A stretch of 64,000 nucleotides of DNA from Promethearchaeota archaeon (GCA_014728035.1 WJMJ01000059.1:32001-96000); one strand, 5' to 3'; numbered from the stretch's first letter, positions 1-11,000 are shown. Translations and numbers: made by a program. Notes: a model not told the origin generated them from the letters alone.

Positions 1-261
1 CTGTCCGCTTTCAAAATTGATTCAAGTCGTGTCATTGTAAGTGGATCCACGATTATGTTCACTGGACGTATGATCGATTTGGAGGATGCTGAACAAGCTT
101 GGTACGAAATGTACGATAACACTCGTCTATTCTTGAATATGATTGATTGGTTGTCTGAAGAGTTTATTGACCCACCTAGTGCAATTACGAACATGCTAAT
201 CATATCTTCAGTTATCTTCTTAGTTGGTGTAGCGTATTATCTACTCAAGAAACGTCAATAG
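1..261 (+). CDS. 5'-truncated single-pass membrane protein with a GldG/IFT52/OST48-like (class I GATase-like) ectodomain
   Basis: Frame open from base 1: LSAFKIDSSRVIVSGSTIMF...DNTRLFLNMIDWL, then one hydrophobic helix and a KKRQ C-terminus. Confidence 0.55.
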   Translation: MSAFKIDSSRVIVSGSTIMFTGRMIDLEDAEQAWYEMYDNTRLFLNMIDWLSEEFIDPPSAITNMLIISSVIFLVGVAYYLLKKRQ

Positions 262-263
262 TT

Positions 264-878
264 TCACAGTTTTAGAGTGATTCCTCCATCCGCAAGAGAC
301 TCTTCAATGAGACTCTTCAGGGTGGAGATGTTTTTCTTTTTTGATGCAGAAATAGGAACGATTGTGGGTTCTCGTTCTACAACAGCCTCTCTAAGTTTGA
401 ATCTAAGATATTCTATTTCAGAAACAACCTCTCTTTTTCTAAGCTTGTCTCTTTTGTTAGCAACGACTATCACCCTTTTTGTTATCTCCGATAGAAAGGT
501 GTAGAACTCGATGTCAATAGGGATTTCTCCTCGCCCTTCCCATCTCTTCACCAATTCAGAAAATAGGGACAAGTCTACCACGAGAACTGCTAACATTATT
601 CTTTCAGCCCAATTTTCTAGGTTTTGAATTATTGATGTCTTTGTTTCTTCAATTTTCTGCTTGCTAGTTCCGGACATGAATCCGAACCCAGGAATGTCAA
701 CAATTGTAATTGGTCCAAAGTCTACCATATATTCTCTGGTTGTACTGCCAGGACTTTTTCCGATTCTTACTTTCTTACCTGTTAGAGCTCTAATTGTGCT
801 GCTTTTGCCAACATTGCTTCTGCCGGCAAATACTACGAGTGGTTTTTGTTTAGCCCCAAAATGGTCGTGTTCTGGCAT
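264..878 (-). CDS. engB: EngB/YihA-family GTPase
   Basis: GRSNVGKS (G1), PGST (G2), DIPGFG (G3), NKRD (G4), SA (G5). Confidence 0.9.
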   Translation of the reverse strand: MPEHDHFGAKQKPLVVFAGRSNVGKSSTIRALTGKKVRIGKSPGSTTREYMVDFGPITIVDIPGFGFMSGTSKQKIEETKTSIIQNLENWAERIMLAVLVVDLSLFSELVKRWEGRGEIPIDIEFYTFLSEITKRVIVVANKRDKLRKREVVSEIEYLRFKLREAVVEREPTIVPISASKKKNISTLKSLIEESLADGGITLKL

Positions 879-3693
879 ATTCTTGCTCTCCTTTTGCTAT
901 TGCCTTCAATAATGTATCTCTGTCATCCAGTCCTGGTTTGAGTATTCTTCCTGCTGTTGTCGGACCAATCCCTCTTCCAGCTAGAACAAGGAGGGCCTTC
1001 TTTCCATAAGTCGCAACCAAGTTTGCTGTTAGAGAACCTGCTAGAAACACTTTTTCTTCTTTCTTAGTAAGTGCTTCTGATGCTTTCCTTTTGCTCAAAA
1101 TCTTTTCAAAGTCTTTGTCTGATTGATGAAGGATTGCAATCATTGTCGAATCACACATGGGACAACTTATCCTATCATCCATTGTTGAGATTGTTCTGAT
1201 TGATGACCAATCTCCATTGACACAGATGAGTTTGAACCGCTTTGAGAGAAGTCTTTCTTCCATAACCCGTAGCACTTCTCCTTCTTCTGAAATCTCCCCC
1301 ATCACCTCAAACCTGGTTTTTTCTTCGATAACCAACCGAGCTAACGGGGATGGCTTTTCTGTTTTGGCAATTTCTATACGTAAAGTTCCTTCTGAGGCTT
1401 CATCAAATATCCGTTTTATTGTGTCTAAATCGAGTTTTTCTGTTAGAACCTCACGCATTGCTTCTTCATAGACCGGTGATTGTTCGTAATTATTAATTAT
1501 TCTTTTGAGAGGAAGCTCCTTCATTTTTGCATCACGACGAATGATATCCATACGTCTACCAACATGTACAAATCGAATTGCGAAGTTTTGTGTATGTTTA
1601 ATCGACTTTTGTAGAACGACGCTTATTTGGCTTGATTTGTATTCATATAGAATCTCTCTCAAATATGTGGGTTCGATTCTTGCTTGTGATGTGAATAGAA
1701 TTCTGTAGGGATCACGTTCAACCATGACATCGATGCCCAATCTTGTTGTAAGAAGTGCAGCTAATACTATGCCAAGTGTTTCATTTGCTTTAGTTCCTAT
1801 TGGAGCATGTAGAACTATCCCTTCCCCAAAGTCTTCAATAATGAATAGACTTTCTGTAGGAATATGTTTCAGGACTTTTTTGCTCTCTTGTATTTCATCA
1901 AATATGTGATTGAATGCATCTTGAGAAACACCATAGGATGATCTCAACCAATTAGCTCCTTCGATTTTGTTCTTAATGGCTAACTGCTTCCATACCTTTG
2001 CAACTTCTTGAGCGACTCTCAATGGGACCGGAATCATCTCCCCAATCCATCTAGGAGCCTCGATATTTGTTTCACTTGCTGGAGTACATAATATCTCTCC
2101 AGTGTCTTCATCAATTGCAACGACATGCCATGGACGCCCTTTAATCACAAAAACCGAGCCTTGCTCCATATCTGATAGCACGTAATCCTCGTCTAGCACT
2201 CCTATAGAAGACCGTGTTGACATGTCTATTGCATTGACTTTTTGTATGTCTGGAATCGTACTAAGATGATTGTAGTAGTATGATCGTGATCTCCGCCCTC
2301 TCTCAATGTATTCGTCAGTTATTTTTAGCAACTTTCTTTCCTGCATGAATGTAATTAGTTTGATGAATTCTTTTTCTGTGACTTCAATAAATGGAAATGG
2401 TTCTTTGATAAAATCATAAAGCTCGCTCTTTTCAATTCTGCCGAAATCCAGAAGGACACCAGCTATCTGATGATTCAGTACGTCCCATGCCTTTTGTGGT
2501 ATATCTGCATCTTCTACTTTGTTGACCTTAGACCTTCTAAGAATCACTCCTGATTCTGTAATGTCATCGACATTTGCGGTTGCAATGATTATACCTTTTG
2601 CAGTTCTTCCAAAACCATGCCCTGATCTTCCGATTCGTTGAAGTGCTCGTGATACCTCTCTTGGACTACTATATTGAATCACCAAATCGGTATCTCCTAT
2701 ATCTATGCCAAGCTCAAGACTTGATGTTGCGATAATTGCTTGCGATTGACCTGTTTTGAGTTTATTTTCTGCATCCAATCGAACTTCTTTCGATAACGAT
2801 CCATGATGAACATCGAAAACAAACTTAGGTCCCATAACCCTCATCTTAGATCCCAGCACTTCTGCAAAAGAACGTGTATTTGTGAATATTATGGTTGATT
2901 GGTGTGTATTTACTAATTCTATTATTCGTTCTAATCTTGCGGTAGAGTGTGGAGGATATGAAATCTTCTTTGCAGTTTTTTCATGCTGTTTTGTTGGTAG
3001 TGGCACTTCAACACTAATCTCCATCTCTCGCTTTTGATATCCTGCCCAAACTATTTTGGACGTCTTTGTTTTTCCAGAGAGCATTTTTGCAATCTCTTGG
3101 GGATTTCCCACTGTTGCGGATAGTCCAATTCTTTGGATTTTTTTACCAGTTAATCTTTCTAAACGTTCAAGGCCAAAACATAACTGAGTACCACGTTTAC
3201 TATCTGCTAACTCGTGAATTTCATCAATAATTACTGAAAACACGGTTCTAAGATGATAGCGCAGTCTTTTCCCGGGCAAAATGGCTTGAAGTGTTTCTGG
3301 TGTTGTTATTAGCAAATTTGGTGGTTTGATTGCTTGTTTCCGTCTTTGGTACTGAGTAGTATCTCCATGTCTTACATCCACTGTTAGTTCAAGATTGTGA
3401 CATATTTTTTGGATACGTTGAAAGACATCTCTGTTTAATGCTCGTAACGGCGTGACATAAATGATATAGAATCCAAAAATGTCCTTTTCTTCTCTTAGAA
3501 GTTCTATCTTTCGTAGTAGAGGAATTAATGCAGCTTCTGTTTTACCGCTACCAGTTGGAGCGAGAAGAAGAAAATTATCCGGCTGTTTCAAAATTTGTGG
3601 AATGGCCTTCTCTTGAATTGGTGTTGGTGTTGTTATTCCTTGATCATAAAGAATTTTTTCAATATTCTTTCCAAGTATCGAGAAAAAAGTCAT
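850..3693 (-). CDS. lhr: Lhr-family SF2 helicase
   Basis: APTGSGKT, TPLRALNRD, DEIH, SAT, HHGSL, SSLELGID, QRIGRSGH; C-terminal Cys motif and GRGIGP. Confidence 0.92.
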   Translation of the reverse strand: MTFFSILGKNIEKILYDQGITTPTPIQEKAIPQILKQPDNFLLLAPTGSGKTEAALIPLLRKIELLREEKDIFGFYIIYVTPLRALNRDVFQRIQKICHNLELTVDVRHGDTTQYQRRKQAIKPPNLLITTPETLQAILPGKRLRYHLRTVFSVIIDEIHELADSKRGTQLCFGLERLERLTGKKIQRIGLSATVGNPQEIAKMLSGKTKTSKIVWAGYQKREMEISVEVPLPTKQHEKTAKKISYPPHSTARLERIIELVNTHQSTIIFTNTRSFAEVLGSKMRVMGPKFVFDVHHGSLSKEVRLDAENKLKTGQSQAIIATSSLELGIDIGDTDLVIQYSSPREVSRALQRIGRSGHGFGRTAKGIIIATANVDDITESGVILRRSKVNKVEDADIPQKAWDVLNHQIAGVLLDFGRIEKSELYDFIKEPFPFIEVTEKEFIKLITFMQERKLLKITDEYIERGRRSRSYYYNHLSTIPDIQKVNAIDMSTRSSIGVLDEDYVLSDMEQGSVFVIKGRPWHVVAIDEDTGEILCTPASETNIEAPRWIGEMIPVPLRVAQEVAKVWKQLAIKNKIEGANWLRSSYGVSQDAFNHIFDEIQESKKVLKHIPTESLFIIEDFGEGIVLHAPIGTKANETLGIVLAALLTTRLGIDVMVERDPYRILFTSQARIEPTYLREILYEYKSSQISVVLQKSIKHTQNFAIRFVHVGRRMDIIRRDAKMKELPLKRIINNYEQSPVYEEAMREVLTEKLDLDTIKRIFDEASEGTLRIEIAKTEKPSPLARLVIEEKTRFEVMGEISEEGEVLRVMEERLLSKRFKLICVNGDWSSIRTISTMDDRISCPMCDSTMIAILHQSDKDFEKILSKRKASEALTKKEEKVFLAGSLTANLVATYGKKALLVLAGRGIGPTTAGRILKPGLDDRDTLLKAIAKGEQEYARTRPFWG

Positions 3694-3920
3694 TCCAAGA
3701 ACACCTTGTTTCTTAGATGTTTAAATTCACTAATCAAGATGCGTATATCAGTTTGGATTGTAATGTCCTTGTCTTTCTTTTCCTTTTCTAAAGCTTGGAT
3801 ATATCGGGAGGGTACTATTTCAGAACTCACCAATTGCTCTATTAGGTTCTTCATATATTCTAAATTCATTATATGTGGTGCAATGTTTTCAAAGGCTAGT
3901 CTAAGCAAGGATTCGTTCAT
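3690..3920 (-). CDS. Small hypothetical protein, translationally coupled to lhr
   Basis: ATGA overlap with the lhr start; ATG at 3920 is the more likely start (ORF track gives 3962) because an upstream micro-ORF ends at 3940. Confidence 0.6.
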   Translation of the reverse strand: MNESLLRLAFENIAPHIMNLEYMKNLIEQLVSSEIVPSRYIQALEKEKKDKDITIQTDIRILISEFKHLRNKVFLE

Positions 3921-3939
3921 GACGAAGTCCTTCTTACAG

Positions 3940-4059
3940 CTACTCCTCCTTTTCTTCGCCATACACCATATAGGCCATTACTAGGATTAGAGCTGATATC
4001 CCCATTACGTTGAACAATACAAACAGAATACTTTGAATGGTGTCAATGGTTTCTTGCAT
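3940..4059 (-). CDS. 39-aa single-TM micro-protein, OST4-like candidate (not in ORF track)
   Basis: Manual translation MQETIDTIQSILFVLFNVMGISALILVMAYMVYGEEKEE*; GAGGAG about 11 nt upstream; TTATAA at 4090-4095. Confidence 0.65.
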   Translation of the reverse strand: MQETIDTIQSILFVLFNVMGISALILVMAYMVYGEEKEE

Positions 4060-4120
4060 CTTTATCTTGACTCCTCGACCATGTGCTGCTTATAATCATT
4101 GCTAGTGTTCGGAAGCTGTA

Positions 4121-4375
4121 TTAGGCAACCTCAGCTTTCCGACGTTCGTAGAAGATATCAATGAATGATCCATAGACATCAACGGCTTCTGTTAGAGTAT
4201 TGACTTCTTCAATGCTTTCTTCAAGTCCGCATGAGCCACATTTTACCGTGGCAAACTCATTATCGCGATAGACTTCGATTTTGATTGAGGTGTTTCCACA
4301 CTCTGGACAGGGATATACATCTGGAATTCTGCTTTGTGGGCGTCGTCTTACTTTCTGTCTGCGTCTTCTTCCCAT
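4121..4375 (-). CDS. elf1: Transcription elongation factor Elf1
   Basis: Basic N-terminus MGRRRR, CPEC...CGSC zinc ribbon, EAVDVYGSFID. Confidence 0.88.
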   Translation of the reverse strand: MGRRRRQKVRRRPQSRIPDVYPCPECGNTSIKIEVYRDNEFATVKCGSCGLEESIEEVNTLTEAVDVYGSFIDIFYERRKAEVA

Positions 4376-4519
4376 CTTTCTTCACCTTAGCCTATTTCAC
4401 ACCAATCGAGCTTAGGCCCAAATAGAAATAGAGCAAGTTGCACCTCTTGTATGGAAATTTAAGGATTGCGTTCTAGTGGTAAGACAGAAGCTTTCTTATT
4501 GTGGTGTTTTTGTCTTAAC

Positions 4520-4756
4520 ATGATGACCGACCTATCACGAAATGCACAGTGTATTCTCAAAGTTCTTGAAGGTGTGGAATCACTAACCACTTCACAGATT
4601 CTTGAGAGAGCTAAGCAACCCGAATTTAAAGAAATATGTGTTGATTGTGCTGGTGGAGATGCATTCATCGTGGCTGCTAACCAGTTAGTTGAGAAAGGGA
4701 TGATAATTCGATCATTTGGAAAGGGTGGATATCGCTGGAAACTTGCTGGAGACTGA
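4520..4756 (+). CDS. Small winged-helix protein with CxxC
   Basis: wHTH-like pattern (LTTSQIL...NQLVEKGMI...GGYRW) with CVDC; ends 1 nt before the sufS start. Confidence 0.65.
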   Translation: MMTDLSRNAQCILKVLEGVESLTTSQILERAKQPEFKEICVDCAGGDAFIVAANQLVEKGMIIRSFGKGGYRWKLAGD

Positions 4757-4757
4757 T

Positions 4758-5993
4758 ATGATGCTCAATGTACGAGATGATTTTCCGGTTCTAAAACGAA
4801 TAATCAATGACAAACCAATTGTGTATCTTGATAGTGCATGTATGTCCCTAAAGCCTCGTCAAGTAGTTGAAGCAATGAATGAATATTATGTGCAGTATCC
4901 AGCATGTGGTGGAAGGAGTATTCACCGACTTGGAGAAGAAGCATCACATGCATATGAGGCATCCCGTGAGAAGTTTGCTAGATTTCTTAATGCTGCAGAA
5001 CCTGAAGAATGTATATGGACGCGGAATGCTACAGAGTCTCTTAATATTGTTGCAGCATCGGTCAGATTACCAAAAGATGCTAAACTTGTCACTACCACAT
5101 TGGAACATCATAGTGGGTCTCTACCATTCGTTGAAAGGGCTAAACGGGACAATCTTGAAATCGAGGTTGTTGAGGCAAAACCGGATGGAACATTTGATAT
5201 GGATGATTGGAAGAACGCGATTGATTCTAGAACCAAACTAGTATCTGTTGTTCACTCTTCAAATGTAACTGGCACTGTTGCACCACTAAAGGAAATCGTT
5301 GAGATTGCTCATGATCGAGGTGCACTCGTTATGGCTGATGATGCTCAATATGCACCCCATCATCCTCTTGATGTACAAGACTTTGATGTTGATTTTTCTG
5401 CTATTTCTGTTCACAAAATGTGCGGTCCCAGTGGTATGGGTGTGTTATATGGGAAACTCGACCTGCTAAAGGATATGGATATGTTTCTTGTTGGTGGCGA
5501 TACTGTTGCAGATGTGCGGTATGAGAACGGTCAAATAATTCCAGAATATCTCCCACCCCCTGAGAAATTTGAAGCAGGATTACAAAATTACGCGGGAGCT
5601 ATTGGAGCTGGAGCAGCAGCCGAATACCTTCAATCTCTTGGAATGCACGAGATTGAGAAACACGAACGCGCTCTTCTTGCACGTGCCATAAATGAACTAC
5701 AATCAATGGATGAAATCACCATTTTTGGTGGGGATAACATTGACATCAAAACTGGCCTTGTCGCTTTTCTGGTTTCCACAGTTGAAACTGCTCACGATGT
5801 AGCAACCTTTTTGAATGATAGCCATAACGTTATGGTTAGAAGTGGTGCGCATTGCGTTCACCCCTTTCATTACCAGCATGGTATTCCACCGAGTAAGGGG
5901 ACAAACCGTGCAAGTTTCTACCTGTATAATAATCAACACGATGTTGATACGTTCATCCAAGCTATGCGGGAATTAATCGCGGCTAGTAGTTGA
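4758..5993 (+). CDS. sufS: Cysteine desulfurase, SufS type (class V PLP enzyme)
   Basis: YLDSA, EHHS, SVHKMCGPSG (PLP Lys), RSGAHC (catalytic Cys), RASFYLYN. Confidence 0.9.
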   Translation: MMLNVRDDFPVLKRIINDKPIVYLDSACMSLKPRQVVEAMNEYYVQYPACGGRSIHRLGEEASHAYEASREKFARFLNAAEPEECIWTRNATESLNIVAASVRLPKDAKLVTTTLEHHSGSLPFVERAKRDNLEIEVVEAKPDGTFDMDDWKNAIDSRTKLVSVVHSSNVTGTVAPLKEIVEIAHDRGALVMADDAQYAPHHPLDVQDFDVDFSAISVHKMCGPSGMGVLYGKLDLLKDMDMFLVGGDTVADVRYENGQIIPEYLPPPEKFEAGLQNYAGAIGAGAAAEYLQSLGMHEIEKHERALLARAINELQSMDEITIFGGDNIDIKTGLVAFLVSTVETAHDVATFLNDSHNVMVRSGAHCVHPFHYQHGIPPSKGTNRASFYLYNNQHDVDTFIQAMRELIAASS

Positions 5994-6070
5994 AAATTAA
6001 AAATAGAACTGGATATATTGGTGACTAAAGGTGTAGATTTATACTAACACCTTATAGTCACTGATTTGTT

Positions 6071-7837
6071 TCAGCCTAATGATGCAATATCTTTTCGTAC
6101 CTTTCGTATTTCTTCGATTGGATCGGCAAATTCCAATTTACTAGTTGAGAGATCTAAAGAATCACGATATTTCGAGACCCTCCCTTGAATGGCAACATAT
6201 CTACCTAAAGCACGATCTGAATTTTGTTCAATTGGTGCAGTATCTCTTCCAGTCTTCTCAATGATGCGTTGTGCTTCTTCTGCAGATATTCCTAAAAGAT
6301 CTTCACCTGATTCTCCAAAAAGAGTAGCTCTAATACTGCCTGAACCGTCATCTATAGTTATTTTGAAGAGCATTCGATATTCTGGTTTCTTCACATCTCC
6401 ACAGACTGCACAGTTATATCTTCCATCTTCGAAATTGAGTTTTTTCCTGCAATCTGGACAAGATGGATATACTGGCTTGGATTGTGAGATGTTTACAATA
6501 ATTCCACAAATCTCAATGGTCTTGCCCTCAGTCGATGCATCGATGTCTCCAATCATATATCTATTTGCACTTACGGTGGGTCTGGTTGAAACTTCGGAGA
6601 TGTCAAGGTCTGCGATAGATGTATCTTTTGGATTGATGGTGATTTCAGCTTTTCTTCCAACCTGATATTCATACCCTCCACGAAAACCTTCTTTCACATA
6701 TCCATGAAGAACTCGGATAACATCCCCTTCTTCAATTCCTGTTATTTTATCAACATCATCATTCCAAAATGTTACTCTTATAGTTCCAGTGTCATCAGCG
6801 ACGATTATGTTCTGGACTCGACCTTCGGATCCTTCTCTATCGAAAGTGGTAATGTCAAAAATACGTACAACTTTCCCTTCCAAATCCACATCCCACATTC
6901 CTGTCGACAAATCCTCTATTTTCTTCATTCCGAGAGCTTCAGAACCTCCTGATGGTGCGGCATAATCAGCAATATCAATATCCATGTCAAGTGCTCTATC
7001 TATTTTGGATGACCGTCCGGCATGTACCTCTATCTCTCCACTTCTACCAGTTCTGGTGTATCCTCCAGTTAGCCGGATAATTTCACCCTCTTTGACTGAT
7101 TGCATTTCTTCTGCAAAATCATCCCAGAAGACCATTCGCGTACTACCCGACTCATCGGCAACAACGATACTCATTACTTTTCCTTCTTTTCCATCTGATT
7201 TTCTTGTAAAAGTGGAAAGTTTGAATATTCGCTGCACTTTCCCAAGTATCGTAATATCATACTCCCGGTCTTTTAGTTCACTGATCCTGTTGGGTTCTCT
7301 TTTACCTAAATCAATGTCCAAATCTTCCATTTCGTAGTCTTCAAGGACTCTGATTCCTCCCATCCTTCCCAAATTCAATTCCAAGGCATCTCGAAGCCCT
7401 TTCTTAACATATGCTCCTCTTATCTGCACTACTCCCCCAGCTTCAATTGCTCCCTCCGAAACAGCGGCGGTCTTCTCATCCCAGAGAGCTACACGAATAC
7501 TTCCAGTTTCATCTGCAACAATTATACTGGCAACTTTTCCTTCTCCTCCATCAGAACGTGAAAAGGTTCTTACTGGAGCAATTTGAACTACTTTTGCTGT
7601 GAGAGCTACACTTCGAGTTGACTCCGATATATCCTCTATTCTAAGACGTGCTTTTGGAGATAGTTGATGTGTATCAATTCCAAGTTCTCTTGCAACAATC
7701 ATCGCAGCAGATTCTTCATTAACTACCTCAGGTCCCAATTCATCTCTTTTTGCCTGAATCATTTCAACAATATCTTTCCGGTCATAATCCGGCAATTGTT
7801 TCAGAATTATTTCAATAGTTTCTTCAAGGGTGAGCAT
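6071..7837 (-). CDS. rpa: Replication protein A large subunit (three tandem OB folds plus a Zn-finger OB fold)
   Basis: Three repeats of G[KR]VxxI[IV]VAD[ED][TS]G..R...W; C-terminal YPSCPDC...CAVC and IDDGSG. Confidence 0.9.
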   Translation of the reverse strand: MLTLEETIEIILKQLPDYDRKDIVEMIQAKRDELGPEVVNEESAAMIVARELGIDTHQLSPKARLRIEDISESTRSVALTAKVVQIAPVRTFSRSDGGEGKVASIIVADETGSIRVALWDEKTAAVSEGAIEAGGVVQIRGAYVKKGLRDALELNLGRMGGIRVLEDYEMEDLDIDLGKREPNRISELKDREYDITILGKVQRIFKLSTFTRKSDGKEGKVMSIVVADESGSTRMVFWDDFAEEMQSVKEGEIIRLTGGYTRTGRSGEIEVHAGRSSKIDRALDMDIDIADYAAPSGGSEALGMKKIEDLSTGMWDVDLEGKVVRIFDITTFDREGSEGRVQNIIVADDTGTIRVTFWNDDVDKITGIEEGDVIRVLHGYVKEGFRGGYEYQVGRKAEITINPKDTSIADLDISEVSTRPTVSANRYMIGDIDASTEGKTIEICGIIVNISQSKPVYPSCPDCRKKLNFEDGRYNCAVCGDVKKPEYRMLFKITIDDGSGSIRATLFGESGEDLLGISAEEAQRIIEKTGRDTAPIEQNSDRALGRYVAIQGRVSKYRDSLDLSTSKLEFADPIEEIRKVRKDIASLG

Positions 7838-8039
7838 AATTATTTCCCATCCATACTTTAGATAGTGGTTTTGGCCGATTTATTGTTCTACTCATCCCCT
7901 TTAAAGTAGTATACTCTTAGTAGGCGAGCTGTAACTCAATTCATCTATGATATTTTTGAGATTTACCGCCTATTGAAGAATTGATTTGTTTTCAACGAAA
8001 GACAAAATAATCATTATCTGAAGAATCACTTGAATCATT

Positions 8040-11000
8040 GTGACCGAGCCCGATGCAGACCTACCTCTACCAGAACATAGTATTACTTACAAAGAATACT
8101 TCCACTCACTACAATCTGCAGTTACTGAAATTTACAAGGTAGCTGAGTCTGCGCGAGCAGTGGGATATGACCCTCAAAAAAGAGTAGAAATTCCACCTGC
8201 CCATGATGTTGCAGCTCGCGTGGAGGCAACACTTGAAGGACCAAAAGGAGTCGCAATAAGAATCCGCGAACTACAGGAAACATACTCACGTGAAGAAGTA
8301 GCATTTATTGTTGCTAAAGAAGTAGCTTTGGGAGAGCTTGGTGGGATTGAGGACTCTGAAAAAGCTGCAGATAAAGCGGTACGGGTTGCTCTTTCTATCC
8401 TTACCGAGAGTATCACAGCAGCACCTCTTGAGGGAATTTCAAAAGTTCGAATACGTGGATCTGGAACTGATCAATATCTAGCTCTATATCTTGCTGGTCC
8501 CATAAGAGCTGCTGGAGGAACAGAGGCAGCTGTAACCGTACTTGTCGCTGATCATGTGCGACAAGTATTGCAACTTCCTGCATATCGTGCAAGTGAAGAC
8601 GAAGTCGAGCGTGCTCTTGAAGAAATTGAATTATATGCGCGAAATGCTAATTTACAGTATACTTTGAAACCCGAACATATTCGTTTTGCTGCTTCCAAAT
8701 TACCAATTATGCTTACAGGTGATCCTACTGAACGTTATGAAGTATCAGGTAGTAGAGATTTAGACCGAATTGAATCCAACCGTGTTAGAGGTGGGTCTGT
8801 TCTTGTACTCAATGATGGTGTTGTTGGTCGTGCTGCCAAACTTGCAAAGATTGTAAATCGTGTCAAAATCCCCGGATGGGAGTGGCTTGATGAACTTGCA
8901 GCGAAGGTTTCTAAGGCAAAGACGACAAAAAGTGATGACTCTGAAACCAAAAAGCTAGCTCCAAAACCTGATTATCTTGCAGACGTTATTGGGGGGCGCC
9001 CAGTATTTTCACATCCTAGTAGAGTAGGTGGATTTCGCTTAAGATACGGACGTTCTAGAAATACCGGGCTTGCCGGTGTGGGTACCCACCCCGCAACAAT
9101 GTTTTTGGTTGAAGAATTTCTTGCGCCTGGTACTCATATTAGGACAGAACGTCCTGGAAAGGGATCCATTGTCGCTCCCGTAGATAGTATTGAAGGCCCA
9201 ATTGTATTGTTACGAAATGGTACTGTCCAGCAAGTGAATACAAGTAATGAGGCTCGAGAAATTCAAGGTCAAGTTGAGAGGATATTGTATCTTGGTGATA
9301 TTCTTATTGCACTAGGAGAGTTTCTTGAAAATAATCATCCTCTTGTTCCATCGGGGTATTGTGAAGAATGGTGGTCTCACGACCTTGACCAATTCTGTTC
9401 TAAACTGGATACAAAATCCCTTCAAACGAAATTATCAAAAATGAATCTTACAACAGACCAGATTGACAGATTTATTCAAGAACCTTTGAAATTTATTCCA
9501 ACTGCTCAACAGGCATTAACCATAGCAGAAGAATTGGGTGTTCCTCTTCATCCTCATTATTTGTACCGTTGGCTTTCTCTCACTCCCGAACAGACATTAG
9601 ATTTGAGAGAATGGGTCATCAAAAACCATACAATCGAATCGACTAAAAATGGTGATGTTCTTGTATTACCAAATGACGCAAAATACAAAGAACTTCTAGA
9701 ATTGCTTGGAGCAGAGCATACACTTCAGAAAAAACGCAGTGAAATTCATCTTTCTGATGAACCAATAATTGTTTTTTCTCAACTTGGTGATGTAGATTGT
9801 AGCCCTACTGGCGCTGATTCCCTGGAGCTGGTCAATTCTGTATCTCCTATAGAACTTCGGGACAAGCTTGGGTTTGCAATTGGTGCTAGAATGGGACGTC
9901 CTGAAAAAGCTTTAGCCAGAAAGATGCGTCCGCCTGTACAGTCACTTTTTCCAGTTGGCAGGACAAAATCCAGTGAAAGGCGAATTGAGAAGGTGGCTGA
10001 GTCAACTCAAGCAATTTCTACTTTGGATATGTTTGATGGAAGTGGAGGAGAAACTCCGGTTCATGGTGTAAACGTTGAGATGGTTTCACGAGTATGTCCC
10101 AATTGCGAAACTCACACCTTTGAGAGCTTTTGTCCGGAATGTAAAATTCACACAGAGCTTCAAAGATACTGTTCCCATGAAGAATGTGGCCTTCCCATTG
10201 ACGAATCTACTGGCTTCTGCCCCCGAAGTCACGATGTTAATCTTATTCGTGATACTCGTGACTATCAGCTTGATTTGTCCACTCTTTTAGATCGTGTTAA
10301 ACATGAAATTGAAGAACCTCATACCCATGGAATTAGAGGTGTATTAGGGCTAACCAGTGGCTTGAAGATACCTGAGTATCTTGGAAAAGGTATACTCCGT
10401 GCTAAGCATGACGTATACTGTTATCGTGATGGCACTGCGCGATTTGATGCTACCGATGCCCCTCTTACTCATTTCATTCCTCGAGAAATTGGGGTGTCTA
10501 TCCAAAAATTGAATCAGATTGGGTATAAAGTAGACATTGAAGGGAACCCTCTGGTTTCCGATGACCAAATAGTGGAATTGAAGGTCCAAGATATTATTGT
10601 TCCAGAGAATTGTGCTGACTATTTGATTCGTGTAGGCAAATTTGTGGATGATTGTCTTGAAAAGATCTATGGGATGAACAGATTCTATAATTTCTCAACT
10701 CAAACGGATATTGTCGGACAACTTGTCATTGGTCTTGCTCCTCATACATCAGCTGGCATAATTGGTAGAATTGTAGGTTTCACAAATGCAAGTCTATGTT
10801 ATGCTCATCCATATTGGCATGCTGCTAAACGGCGGAATTGTCTTGTTGGACATGAAGAAGTAGTGCTTCTTGACGATTTAGGAATTGTGCATACAAAACC
10901 TATTTCCAGTCTTGAGGGAGAGAATCTCAGCAAATTCAAGTTGCTTTCTATTGACGAAAAAGGTCGAATTTTGCCTCAACCAATCCAAGAGCTAGTTAAG

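Noticed and set aside
4461-4500. tRNA-like D-arm fragment TCTAGTGGTAAGAC
   Set aside because: No acceptor stem, no anticodon-stem partner and no T arm; treated as chance
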